IMG/VR virus record: IMGVR_UViG_3300034069_001161 | Location: 1 to 64,000 of that record | DNA length: 64,000 nt | Strand: one strand, 5' to 3' | DNA from: a virus | Shown here: positions 24,255 through 33,433 of the stretch, piece by piece | How the letters are laid out: every line of letters starts with the position of its first letter | How positions within the stretch are numbered: the stretch's first letter is position 1 | Notes under the pieces: model-generated | Seen by the model: only the letters and a program-made list of their open reading frames with translations | The model's database searches: none | Told to the model about the DNA's origin: nothing | Program-made: the position numbers and the translations under genes

Positions 24255-24445
24255 TCGTCCGTCGCAAGGTAGATCAGGTCGTCATTCGACGCGGCTCAAC
24301 CAACCCGGTGGCCGTCGTGGTGCGTGACATCGGCAAGGTGTCGCTCTACCGGCAGGCGATTGAAGGCCCGCAGGGCCGCCCCGGAGAGCGTGGCCGCGAC
24401 GGCGACGCGATCATTCCGGAGGTTCTCGACGGAGGTAATTTCTGA
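24239..24445 (+). CDS. collagen-like mini fibre protein (about 64-68 aa; GTG start at 24239 or 24251)
   Basis: GPQGRPGERGRDGD Gly-X-Y run. The C-terminal VLDGGNF is shared with the next protein. A GTGA overlap is possible at 24251. Confidence 0.5.
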   Translation: MDQAVIVRRKVDQVVIRRGSTNPVAVVVRDIGKVSLYRQAIEGPQGRPGERGRDGDAIIPEVLDGGNF

Positions 24446-25722
24446 TGGCCACCACGCTCCGTTTTCGCCGCCGTGTCACGGGCGCCGCCGGGGCGCCGTC
24501 CAGCCTCAAGACGGCCGAAGTCGCCTACAACATGGTCGACGGCAAGGTCTACATCGGTTACGGCGACGATGGGAATGGCAATGCGACGTCGATCCGGATC
24601 ATCGGTCAGGATAACTACGTCGATCCGGCCACGCTTTATCAGCCCAAGGACAACGACCTCACCGCGCTGGCTGCGCTGTCGACCACGGGCCTGCTGGCGC
24701 GTACCGCCGCAGATACCTACGCGCTGCGCACCATGGCCGGCACAGCCGGTCGGGTCGTCGTCACCAACGGCGACGGCGTGGCGGGTAGCCCGACGCTCGA
24801 TCTCGCCACCGTCGCCGTCGGGTCCAACGTCGCGGGCGGCTATACGAAGTTCACGGTCGACGGCTACGGCCGGCTGACCAACGCCGGTCAGGCCAGCCTC
24901 AACGACCTCAACACGCCGACGGCGGATTTCAGCCACGGCGGCTTCAGGATCACCAACCTCGCCGCCGGCACCGCGGCCGGCGATGCGGTGAACTTGGCTC
25001 AGCTGAATGCCGTGCGGCAGGGCATGAAGTTCAAGGAGCCCGCCCGCGCCTCGGGTGGTGCCGCCAACATCAACATCGCCAACCCTGGCACCGCGGTGTT
25101 CGACGGCATCACGCTGGCGACCGGCGAGACGCTGCTGCTCTACTCGCAGACGGCGCCTGCCGAGAACGGCAAGTACACCTTCAACGGCTCGGCCGCCGCG
25201 CTCACGCGCACCGACGACATGGACACGTGGGCCGAGACGATCGGCGCGGTCGTCGGGATCGCCGAAGGCTCCAGCGGGATCGCCGACACCGCCCGGCTGT
25301 TCACCAGCAATGCCGGCGGCACGATCGGCACCACTGCCCTCACCAATATCTCCTTCGGCGGAGGCGTCACCAACGCCTTCACCACCGCGGGCGCCGGTCT
25401 CGTCGCGACCAACGCCACGACGGTCGCGGTCAACCCCGGCACCGGCATCACCGTCGCCTCCAATGCGGTCGCGCTGACCGGCCAGGCGCTTGCTCTCCAC
25501 AATGTGACGACCGCGGCGGATCAGCTGATCTACGCCACCGGCGCGGCGACGTTCTCGACCACCGCGTTCGGGTCGTTCGGGCGAAGTCTCGTCGGCGCCG
25601 CCGATGCCGCGACCGCGCGCACCACACTGGGGCTCGGCACCATGGCGACGCAAGCGGCCAGCGGCGTGGCGATCACCGGCGGCACGATCGAGGGGGTCGT
25701 GCTCGACGGCGGCTCGTTCTAA
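24445..25722 (+). CDS. tail fibre protein (425 aa)
   Basis: The N-terminus LRFRRRVTGAAGAPSSLKTAEVAYNMVDGKVYIGYG resembles the common fibre N-terminal (Mtd_N-like) domain. The body is Gly/Thr/Ala-rich and beta-like. TGATG coupling. Confidence 0.7.
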   Translation: MATTLRFRRRVTGAAGAPSSLKTAEVAYNMVDGKVYIGYGDDGNGNATSIRIIGQDNYVDPATLYQPKDNDLTALAALSTTGLLARTAADTYALRTMAGTAGRVVVTNGDGVAGSPTLDLATVAVGSNVAGGYTKFTVDGYGRLTNAGQASLNDLNTPTADFSHGGFRITNLAAGTAAGDAVNLAQLNAVRQGMKFKEPARASGGAANINIANPGTAVFDGITLATGETLLLYSQTAPAENGKYTFNGSAAALTRTDDMDTWAETIGAVVGIAEGSSGIADTARLFTSNAGGTIGTTALTNISFGGGVTNAFTTAGAGLVATNATTVAVNPGTGITVASNAVALTGQALALHNVTTAADQLIYATGAATFSTTAFGSFGRSLVGAADAATARTTLGLGTMATQAASGVAITGGTIEGVVLDGGSF

Positions 25723-25725
25723 TGT

Positions 25726-26739
25726 ATGGCAGCGGTCTATAACATCTCTCGCGGCACGCGTGCCCGCCTCAACACCCTCGTCAGCCAGTCGGCGATCGTG
25801 GTGGGACGCGAGTATCTGCTGACCGACGAGAACAAGGTACTAGTCGGGACCAGCACCAATACGGTCATCCAGCTGCAACGCTCGGTCGACGATCAGATGG
25901 ATCTGTCCAACCTCTCGCCCGGTCTTCCGGGCGCGGGCGTTGCGCGGCTGTTTCGAGCCGACGTTGGTGGACGAGAGATGCTGCGCGTGGTTGGCGACGA
26001 CGGCGACTTTGCCACCATGCAGCCTCATATGGGCCGCAACAACCCCTCGTTCTGGATGCCCGCCTTCGGCACGACCACCGCCACGTCGGTTGGCATGCCG
26101 CCGATGACCGTGCTGGCGACCGCGACAGCGCGGACGTGGGCGGCGAGCAGCCGCTTCACGCGCGCACGACGCCTCGGCTTCGTATCCGCGGCGACGGCCG
26201 GGACGCCCACGGGTTTCTACACGGGCGCGGCGATGTGCAGCACCGGTGACACGACCAGCGGTGCCGGCGGGTTTCATCTGATCGTTCGGTTCGGGATCGG
26301 CGATGCCTTGACCAGCGCTCGCATGTTCATAGGGCTGTCGGACAGCGTCGCGACGCCGGCCAACGCCGAGATCAACACCCTCACGCAGCATATTGGCATC
26401 GGCAAGTTGTCGACCTCCTCGAACCTGTGTGTGTACGCCTCCGGCACCGCGGCGCAGGCGGTCACCGATCTCGGCACCAGCTATCCTGCCGCGAACAGCA
26501 ACACGGACCTTTACGAGTTTATTCTCTTCGCGCCGTCTTCGACCGTGCCCGTGACGTGGATGCTGAGCCGGTTCTTGTCGAACGGGACCAGCACCAGCGT
26601 CAGCGGCACCTTCGCCGCCGCCGGCTCGACCGCACCGGCGGCGACCATCGGTTTGGCGCCGCGCGCTTGGCGAATGCCCACGACGGCCAACTCGGCGACG
26701 TTGGACGTCGCCGGGCTGTACCTTGAAACCGACTTCTAG
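25726..26739 (+). CDS. tail fibre/receptor-binding-like protein (337 aa)
   Basis: The N-terminus YNISRGTRARLNTLVSQSAIVVGREYLLTDENKVLVGTS is the same fibre N-terminal pattern, followed by a beta-rich C-terminal domain. Confidence 0.6.
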   Translation: MAAVYNISRGTRARLNTLVSQSAIVVGREYLLTDENKVLVGTSTNTVIQLQRSVDDQMDLSNLSPGLPGAGVARLFRADVGGREMLRVVGDDGDFATMQPHMGRNNPSFWMPAFGTTTATSVGMPPMTVLATATARTWAASSRFTRARRLGFVSAATAGTPTGFYTGAAMCSTGDTTSGAGGFHLIVRFGIGDALTSARMFIGLSDSVATPANAEINTLTQHIGIGKLSTSSNLCVYASGTAAQAVTDLGTSYPAANSNTDLYEFILFAPSSTVPVTWMLSRFLSNGTSTSVSGTFAAAGSTAPAATIGLAPRAWRMPTTANSATLDVAGLYLETDF

Positions 26740-29210
26740 CGGGGAGCGGGCATCGGCAGGATCGACTGTCGAAGCTCCAGCCCTTCGGCTTGATGTCGCA
26801 GATGACCGACGCCGTCGACGAACTGCGAGGTCGTGAACCCCAGCTCGTCGACCATCTGCATGAATCGCTCGTACGAGACTGCGTAGCCTCGTGAGACATT
26901 CTTCATGAAGTCGATATACTGGTCGAAAATGCCTCGCAGATCGGCGACGGCATCGGGGTTCACCGACACCTTGTCACTGCTCTGGAGGAAAGCCATGACC
27001 GAGTTGTTCGATCGGGCCACCTGATTGAGCCGGGCGACGTGGCTCGACGGCTGGGTGTAGTCGCCCTGCGCCAGCAGCCGCTTCAACCCCTGCACCGCCC
27101 ACGCCGCGATTGCCTCGCGTTCCTCCGAGACGAGGACTTGGTAGAAGTCCACGATTTTCTCGTTGTCGGGGACGACGCGCAGGAAGTCGAAAATCAGCCA
27201 GCGTCGCACGAAGCCGCGCGACGTGTCGCGCGACCGCGGCAGATGATTCGACCCGAACCACTGCGCGGAAATCGGCTTGAACTGGAAGATGGCCCCACCC
27301 TTGAACTCGGTGTTCTGGATGGTGCCTTCGACGATTTCCTTGAAGGCTCGGCCATCGATGGTCGACTCCTCGGGCAACTCGCCGCAGATGTTGAGCGTCT
27401 TGCCCACCATCGGCCCCAGCTGGAAGCGCTCGCCCCACAAGGTCGGAGGCACCGAGCACGTCGCCGCCGGCGGCATCATGGCGCGCAGCACCTCCAGCGC
27501 CTGCGTCTTGCCCGAGCCTGCCTTGCCGTGGAGCAGGAACGCGCGCTGGAACTTCGGGGCGATCCCGAACATGGTCGCGGCGAACGCCTCTTGGAGCGCC
27601 ATCACCTTCTCGGCGTAGTCGGGATCATCGCCCCACGACCGTTCGAGATATTCGAGCCACTTGTGGCACTCGCCGGCCCGCTCCGGGATGTAGTTGAACG
27701 GCATGGTGAAGGTCTTGCCGTACTTGGGGCTGTGGTCGTGCAGCTGGAGGTCGGTGTCGAGGAAGCCGTTGGCGAAATTGATGCCGTCTTCCAGCTCCGA
27801 CGCCAGCGGCGCGCGCACGATCATGGCGATCGTCTTGGCGACCGAGACGTAGTCGTTGTGGCGGCGCGCCAGCGCGTTGCCCTTCACCCGCTCGGCGACC
27901 TCGCGCTGGATCGCCTGATCGTCGAGCGAGCGGAAGTGGGCACCGGACCACTGCCAGAACAGGCCCTGATCGTAGCGCAGCTCGCCGCCGCGGCCGATCT
28001 CCTCGACCACCTGCCGCGCGATCGCCTCGTGATCCTCGGCAATGTCCACGTCGCCGCGGCGCGCCGCTTTGAACTCGTTGCGCAGGTCGGTCTTGGAGTA
28101 GCTCAAGATGCTCTTGGTGCGATCGACGATGTGCCGGGCGACCAAGTTCATGCTGCCCTCCGAGAAGTTCTCGTCCTTGGCCAGCTGCTCGATGAGATGG
28201 TCGACCATCTCGACGACGCGATCGATCGTCGGGTCGCCGATCATGAGCTGGGCGTTGAGCCAGTCGATCGCCTTCTCGGGCGTCCAGCGCTGGATCTGGT
28301 TCTTGACGATCATCGCCGCGATCGCGGGATGATCGCGCTGCTCCGGCGTCAGGTCGAAGTCCCAGCCGTTGGGGAGCGTCGCGCCGCCCTCGACGTCGCG
28401 CAGCAGAAACTCGACCAGCTTGGCCACGCCCTTGTCGGGGTCCATGTCGTCTCCGCTGGTGTGAGCGGTGAAGTTTTCGACCCAGTGGGACATGTGCTTC
28501 ATCGCCTCGCCGAGCGAGAACTTGGTATTCTTGTCGATGCCGCGCACGACGCGCGCCAGATAGCCGGCGTGCCGGACCATCTGGATGTCGCGCTCGCCCT
28601 GCGGCACCACGTCGAGCGGCGCCGAGCGGCCGGTCTGCGCGATCGACAGGCCCGGAATGTCACCCAGCGCCTGCCGCAGGACGCGCTCGATGTCGGTGGG
28701 CAGGTACTGGATCTTGTCGAGCACCTCCCACAGGTTCGTGTCCGAGACGTAGGGCTTCTCGGTCTGCGGGTGGATCGAGGGCGGCAGCACCATCTGGTTG
28801 CCCTTGCCCAAGAACTCGACGATCGATTGGTTGTCGCCGTCGCGCAGCTTGAAGTTGGGCTGGCCCTGCCAGCGGTAGATCAGGCCCATGCCCTTGCGGC
28901 CCACGCGCTTCCAGGGGGACGGCGGCAGGGCGGCGAGGATGGCGGCGATCTGTGCCTCGTCTTCGGTGTCGATGTCGATCGCACACAGACCGGAGGCCTC
29001 GCCGAACGGCAAGCCGATGTTCGACTGCGGATATTCGCGTGCCCACAGGCCGCGGATCGCCTCCGAGGGCATGTGCTCGCCGTACTGCGTCCACTCGTTC
29101 AGGATCGGCGCCTTGCCGGCGCCCTTACCTGCGGAGTCCCAGCGCTTGAGAGGCATGACCGGGATGCCCGCTGCCCAGTACAGCGGGGCGAAGTCTTTGA
29201 AAATAGTCAT
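26736..29210 (-). CDS. bifunctional primase-polymerase / SF3 (D5/P4-type) helicase (824 aa)
   Basis: The N-terminus IPVMPLK...LCAIDIDTEDE...MVLPPSIHP is prim-pol-like. A Walker A motif is present (LLHGKAGSGKTQ). Start set at ATG 29210, after the stop of 29215..29403. Confidence 0.8.
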   Translation of the reverse strand: MTIFKDFAPLYWAAGIPVMPLKRWDSAGKGAGKAPILNEWTQYGEHMPSEAIRGLWAREYPQSNIGLPFGEASGLCAIDIDTEDEAQIAAILAALPPSPWKRVGRKGMGLIYRWQGQPNFKLRDGDNQSIVEFLGKGNQMVLPPSIHPQTEKPYVSDTNLWEVLDKIQYLPTDIERVLRQALGDIPGLSIAQTGRSAPLDVVPQGERDIQMVRHAGYLARVVRGIDKNTKFSLGEAMKHMSHWVENFTAHTSGDDMDPDKGVAKLVEFLLRDVEGGATLPNGWDFDLTPEQRDHPAIAAMIVKNQIQRWTPEKAIDWLNAQLMIGDPTIDRVVEMVDHLIEQLAKDENFSEGSMNLVARHIVDRTKSILSYSKTDLRNEFKAARRGDVDIAEDHEAIARQVVEEIGRGGELRYDQGLFWQWSGAHFRSLDDQAIQREVAERVKGNALARRHNDYVSVAKTIAMIVRAPLASELEDGINFANGFLDTDLQLHDHSPKYGKTFTMPFNYIPERAGECHKWLEYLERSWGDDPDYAEKVMALQEAFAATMFGIAPKFQRAFLLHGKAGSGKTQALEVLRAMMPPAATCSVPPTLWGERFQLGPMVGKTLNICGELPEESTIDGRAFKEIVEGTIQNTEFKGGAIFQFKPISAQWFGSNHLPRSRDTSRGFVRRWLIFDFLRVVPDNEKIVDFYQVLVSEEREAIAAWAVQGLKRLLAQGDYTQPSSHVARLNQVARSNNSVMAFLQSSDKVSVNPDAVADLRGIFDQYIDFMKNVSRGYAVSYERFMQMVDELGFTTSQFVDGVGHLRHQAEGLELRQSILPMPAPR

Positions 29211-29214
29211 GATT

Positions 29215-29403
29215 TTACCCGTACAGAGGATGTTGGGGAGGAGAAGGAGGACCGCGATCGTCACGCTCGAAGGCGGAGAGCCCGGTCACGATCGCCACGA
29301 TCAGCACGCAGAAAGCGAGGATCGGGTGGTGATCCGCGGCGATCTGGATCCCTGCGACCATCAGCGTCAGAGCCGAGATCAAGTTACCGACGCCGACGAT
29401 CAC
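29215..29403 (-). CDS. small membrane protein (62 aa, GTG start)
   Basis: GTGA coupling with 29400..29903. Two hydrophobic segments. Confidence 0.5.
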   Translation of the reverse strand: MIVGVGNLISALTLMVAGIQIAADHHPILAFCVLIVAIVTGLSAFERDDRGPPSPPQHPLYG

Positions 29404-29903
29404 CGGTACGGCTCCAGCCGCTTCTGAAAGATCTCGCGATCCTTCTCCGGCACGAGGTCGTCGAGGATGCGGATCACGTCATCCATGAACTTCTGGACCC
29501 GCTCCGCGCCCGTGAAGCGCTCCAGCATCTTGAGCAGGCGCTCCAACTGGTCACCCTTGGTCTTGGCGATCGCGATGCGCTCCTTGGTGTCGAGGCTCTC
29601 GTTCTCGCCAGTGCCCAGCTCGTTCAGCGATTTCAGGGTGCTCTTGATCTCATCAAGCACGAGCTGCTGGTCCTCATCGGACAGGCGAATGTCCTTCGAT
29701 GGTCGACCGCGGCCCGCCTTGGCTTCGACCACGACCTCCTTCTCGACCACCTTCTCGACGACCTTGGGCGCCAAGAGGTCGAGGAGAGCCTGTTTGGTCT
29801 CCTCGTCGTAGGGGCAGGCGGGCTCGTTGAGGGTTTCGAGCTGGTTTTTCAGCCCGATCAGGCCGGTCAGTACGGCCATTCGGAGGGGAGGGAAATTGCT
29901 CAT
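29400..29903 (-). CDS. hypothetical coiled-coil protein with GRGRPSK AT-hook-like motif (167 aa); possible small terminase or DNA-binding protein
   Basis: ORF track. Divergent from the large terminase gene. The function is a guess. Confidence 0.55.
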   Translation of the reverse strand: MSNFPPLRMAVLTGLIGLKNQLETLNEPACPYDEETKQALLDLLAPKVVEKVVEKEVVVEAKAGRGRPSKDIRLSDEDQQLVLDEIKSTLKSLNELGTGENESLDTKERIAIAKTKGDQLERLLKMLERFTGAERVQKFMDDVIRILDDLVPEKDREIFQKRLEPYR

Positions 29904-29947
29904 GCGTCTGCTCTACGCCCCTAGCCCTCGCGCGCAATCGATTTTGC

Positions 29948-29969
29948 GGAAAGTACCGAGTACCTTTCC
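29948..29969. promoter_or_regulatory. imperfect hairpin/palindrome in the divergent terminase-upstream spacer
   Basis: GGAAAGTAC-cga-GTACCTTTCC (one bulged C). Confidence 0.3.
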
Positions 29970-30026
29970 TCTCGGTTGCCGGACAACCGTTTGATCCGAG
30001 GCTCGATCTAGGTCACAGGCCGAGGC

Positions 30027-31787
30027 ATGTATGGTGAGCTATATCAAGCCGTAAAGATGCGCTTCGGTGACGTGAATGCGTCGCAGTCGATGGGCGACTG
30101 GATCACCCATAACACGACGATCAAGAAGCGTCCATTCTCGTACGATGGCTACGGCTTCCAGAAGCAGATCGCCGACGACATGCACCACAACGTGTCGGTC
30201 AAGAAGTGTTCGCAGATCGGCCTGACCGAGGTCCAGATCCGAAAGTTCTTGGCGATCCTGACCCGTTCGACTGCGCTCGCCGGCATTTTCTCGATGCCCA
30301 ACGAGAAGATGTTCACCAAGACCTACAATGGTCGCATCAAGCCGATCCTCGAAGCGGACGCGGTGTTCAACCCGCCATCCGCCATGAAGCCAACGCGGTC
30401 GAAGGACCAAATCCAGATCCGCGACAGCTTCGGCTACATCACCGCCTGCACCGAAGGCGACGCCACCTCGCTGTCCGCCGACTTCCTGTTTCACGACGAG
30501 CTGGACCTGAGCCCGCAGGAGATCATCGCGCTGTACCAGTCGCGTCTGCAGGGCTCGGACATGCAGATCACCCAGTCGTTCTCGACGCCGACCTTCTCGG
30601 GATACGGCATCGACAAGAATTATCAGCTGACCGACCAGCGCGAGTACAAGGCCAAGTGCGCCGGCTGCGGCCGGTGGCACATCCCCTTGTTCACGCCGCC
30701 GTTCATCCACCTCAAGGGCGGCATGCCGCGCGACGTGGAGCTGTTCACGGAGCTGACCGCGCAGCAGATCGCGCTGCTCGATCTGGAGGACTGCTACGTC
30801 AAGTGTCCGGACTGCTCGGCTCGGTTCGATCTCGGCAACGACGACCTTCGCGAGTGGGTCGCGCTGCGCCCCAGCGTGCTCAACTTCCGCGGCTATCAGG
30901 TTCGACCCTTCTCGACCCCGCGGATCAAGCCGTCCTACATCTTCGGCCAGTTGGCGCAGTATCAGGAGAAGTCGTTCACGCGCGGTTTCTACAACACGGT
31001 ACTTGGCGAGGAATACACCGCGGCCGATGCGCGCCTGCAGGAGGTCGACATCAAGGCGTGCATGGCCAAGGGTACGGCCTCGATCCCCAACATCAGCGCC
31101 GACACACCCTGCTTCATGGGCATCGACGTCGGCCTGACCTGCTACATCACGATCAGCTACGACGATGACGACGGGACGCCGCATTTCGTCCTGTTCGACA
31201 CGGTGCCCGCCAGCTCTCTCCAACGCCGCGTCAGCGAGCTGTGCCGCATCTACAACGTCGTGCAGGGCGCGATCGATCGCTTCCCCTATACCACCGAGGC
31301 AGACGCGCTGCGCGACGCGACGGCGGGGCTCATCATTCCGGTCCAGTATCGGGGTCTGCAGATGCTGGCCCCAGTGCTCGAAGCCGACACCAAGGTCCTG
31401 AACCACTATTCGGCCAACAACACCCTCGCGCTCGATCGCGTCCAGTCGCTGGTCAGCCACCGGGCCATGGTCATCTCGGGCTACCAAGGTCAGCGCGAGA
31501 CGGTCATCAAGCACCTGATGGACATGGTCCGCGACGACAAGCCGTCTGACAGCGACAACGTGCTGGGCGAGTGGAAGAAGACCAGCGGCAACGACCACTT
31601 CATGCACTCGATGGCGTTCAACCTGCTGGCGCGCCGGATCGGCGACCACATGTTCGCGACCCAGCTGTCGACGGTGGCCACCAGCTCCTCTTTTCTTGCC
31701 GCCGGTTTTGGCGGTACGCAGGGGATGCTCAACTTCAACGGCACCGGCAAGATGACCGGGCTCGCCCGCATTTCGAGGCTCGGATAA
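30027..31787 (+). CDS. terL: terminase large subunit, GpA (lambda A)-like (586 aa)
   Basis: KKRPFSYDGYGFQKQIADDM...VKKCSQIGLTEVQIRKFL fits the GpA-family N-terminal pattern. It lies directly upstream of the portal gene. Confidence 0.75.
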   Translation: MYGELYQAVKMRFGDVNASQSMGDWITHNTTIKKRPFSYDGYGFQKQIADDMHHNVSVKKCSQIGLTEVQIRKFLAILTRSTALAGIFSMPNEKMFTKTYNGRIKPILEADAVFNPPSAMKPTRSKDQIQIRDSFGYITACTEGDATSLSADFLFHDELDLSPQEIIALYQSRLQGSDMQITQSFSTPTFSGYGIDKNYQLTDQREYKAKCAGCGRWHIPLFTPPFIHLKGGMPRDVELFTELTAQQIALLDLEDCYVKCPDCSARFDLGNDDLREWVALRPSVLNFRGYQVRPFSTPRIKPSYIFGQLAQYQEKSFTRGFYNTVLGEEYTAADARLQEVDIKACMAKGTASIPNISADTPCFMGIDVGLTCYITISYDDDDGTPHFVLFDTVPASSLQRRVSELCRIYNVVQGAIDRFPYTTEADALRDATAGLIIPVQYRGLQMLAPVLEADTKVLNHYSANNTLALDRVQSLVSHRAMVISGYQGQRETVIKHLMDMVRDDKPSDSDNVLGEWKKTSGNDHFMHSMAFNLLARRIGDHMFATQLSTVATSSSFLAAGFGGTQGMLNFNGTGKMTGLARISRLG

Positions 31788-33314
31788 ATGGCTGACAATT
31801 TCCTGACCGGGCTCGGTGCCGTCCTGCTGCCCAAGGGCAAGGGTGCCAAGGGCGGCAAGGGCGCGACGCCCGGCTTCGTGCGCTCCCAGCCGACGATGAC
31901 GGCGCCGACGTATCGTGACCACCTGACCGACGTCTATACGACCCGGCAGGCCAACGACAGCCGTGAGCTGATCGCCACGCTCGCGAACATGGACCCCGAC
32001 GTTTCGGCGGCGATCAACGCGTTCCTGTCGGTCGCCGGCTCGGTGGATCCGGTGGTGACCGCCTACAACGAGAAGGACGAGATCGACGCCGACGGGATCG
32101 CGCTCGGCCAGCAGCTGCTCGCCCTGCTCACCACGACCAACGACTACACGCTGGGCTACAGCGACAAGCCGACCGTCGACGCGTTGTGCAGCGACCATCG
32201 CTACATGATGCTGTTGCGCGGGGGCACCGCGGTCGAGCTGGTGCTCGACAAGACCTACGTGCCCTACGAGCTGCGCACGATCGACCCCGCGACCCTGACG
32301 TGGAACCAGACCGCGCCGGGCGTCTTCAAGCCGACGCAGACGCCGACCGGCTCGAACGAGGTCATCGACCTCAACATCCCGACGTTCTTCACGTCCAACT
32401 TCCATCAGTCGCCGCTGGGCAAGTACACCTTCTCGCCCTTCGTATCGGCGATCAACACCATCGCCAGCCGGACGCTCGTCATCAACGAGCTGTACCGGAT
32501 CATGAAGGTCGTCGGCTACCCGCGCATCGACGTGCAGGTGCTCGAAGACGTGCTGATGAAGTCGGCCCCGCCGGCCTTCCGCAACAATCCGGACAAGATC
32601 CGAGCCTACGTGCAGTCCGAGCTGACCTCGATCCAAGCCACGATCTCGAATCTCCAGTCGGGCGACGCCTTCGTCCACTCGAACGCGATCACGGCGACCG
32701 TCATCAACGACAAGAACCCGTCGGCCGGGCTCCAGATCCAGGGTGTGATCGACGTCCTGAACGCGCAAAATCAGGCCGCCCTCAAGGTCATGCCGGCCGT
32801 CGTCGGCAAAGCCAACAACGGACAGGTCGCCTCGACCGAGGCGCGCCTGTTCGCGCTGAACGCCGACGCGCTGAACCGCGCCGTCGCGGGCATCTTCACC
32901 AAAGCGTTCACCCTCGCCGCCCGCCTCGCCGGGTACGCGGGTCGGATCGAGGTGTTCTTCCCGCCCGTCGAGCTGCGCCCGGCGATGGAGCTGGAACCGC
33001 AGTGGACCATGAAGGCGAGTCGCCTTCGCCAAGACCTGAGCGACGGGATCATCACCGACATGGAATATACCATGGCGATGTACGGTCGCCCGCCGCTGCC
33101 GGGCGCACCGGAGCTGTCGGGCACCAAGTTCGCCGACCCGGTCTCGCCGATCGACGCGGGCGACGCTTCTCCCAACCAAGACAGCCTCGGCCGGTCGCTC
33201 TCGGGCGAGGGCGGCAACGGGGTTGGACGGAACAACGCCGTCAAGAGTGGGGGCGCCAAGACCAAGCTCTCCTTCACGCAGGACGATGGTTCCGTGATTG
33301 AACTCGCTCTCTGA
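31788..33314 (+). CDS. portal protein (508 aa)
   Basis: Position (TAAATG junction with the terminase gene), size, and the protease gene downstream. Confidence 0.7.
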   Translation: MADNFLTGLGAVLLPKGKGAKGGKGATPGFVRSQPTMTAPTYRDHLTDVYTTRQANDSRELIATLANMDPDVSAAINAFLSVAGSVDPVVTAYNEKDEIDADGIALGQQLLALLTTTNDYTLGYSDKPTVDALCSDHRYMMLLRGGTAVELVLDKTYVPYELRTIDPATLTWNQTAPGVFKPTQTPTGSNEVIDLNIPTFFTSNFHQSPLGKYTFSPFVSAINTIASRTLVINELYRIMKVVGYPRIDVQVLEDVLMKSAPPAFRNNPDKIRAYVQSELTSIQATISNLQSGDAFVHSNAITATVINDKNPSAGLQIQGVIDVLNAQNQAALKVMPAVVGKANNGQVASTEARLFALNADALNRAVAGIFTKAFTLAARLAGYAGRIEVFFPPVELRPAMELEPQWTMKASRLRQDLSDGIITDMEYTMAMYGRPPLPGAPELSGTKFADPVSPIDAGDASPNQDSLGRSLSGEGGNGVGRNNAVKSGGAKTKLSFTQDDGSVIELAL

Positions 33315-33329
33315 TACCATCAAATTTCT

Positions 33330-33376
33330 TATTTTTACCTAGTAACTATGAGAAATTTTAGGAATAATAACCAGAG
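33330..33376 (+). repeat. 47-bp AT-rich element, copy A (candidate promoter/5' leader cassette)
   Basis: TATTTTTACCTAGTAACTATGAGAAATTTTAGGAATAATAACCAGAG is identical to the reverse complement of 63490..63536. Confidence 0.9.
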
Positions 33377-33433
33377 GATGGTTGGGTATAAACCGCTTGC
33401 GCCGCTGGCACGGCGCGACATAGGGCAGACGGT

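Noticed and set aside
24445-26739. A diversity-generating retroelement targeting the Mtd_N-like fibre genes.
   Set aside because: There is no reverse transcriptase ORF and no template/variable repeat pair near the fibre C-termini. Only the generic fibre N-terminal pattern is shared with Mtd.
29400-29903. Firm call of a terminase small subunit.
   Set aside because: Only circumstantial evidence supports it: adjacency to terL (but divergent), a coiled coil and a GRGRP motif. I could see no recognisable Nu1, Terminase_2 or Terminase_4 pattern.
30039-33323. 1094-aa ORF on the - strand, opposite the terminase and portal genes. Similar long ORFs lie at 27039..29924 (+), 33335..35773 (-), 43400..45670 (-), 45905..47617 (-), 7880..9391 (+), 9643..11178 (+), 11601..13484 (+) and 51088..52206 (-).
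   Set aside because: These are antisense shadow ORFs typical of GC-rich DNA. They have Arg/Gly/Asp/Val/Leu-dominated low-complexity translations and no RBS. They lie fully opposite genes with recognisable motifs and G/C-rich third positions.
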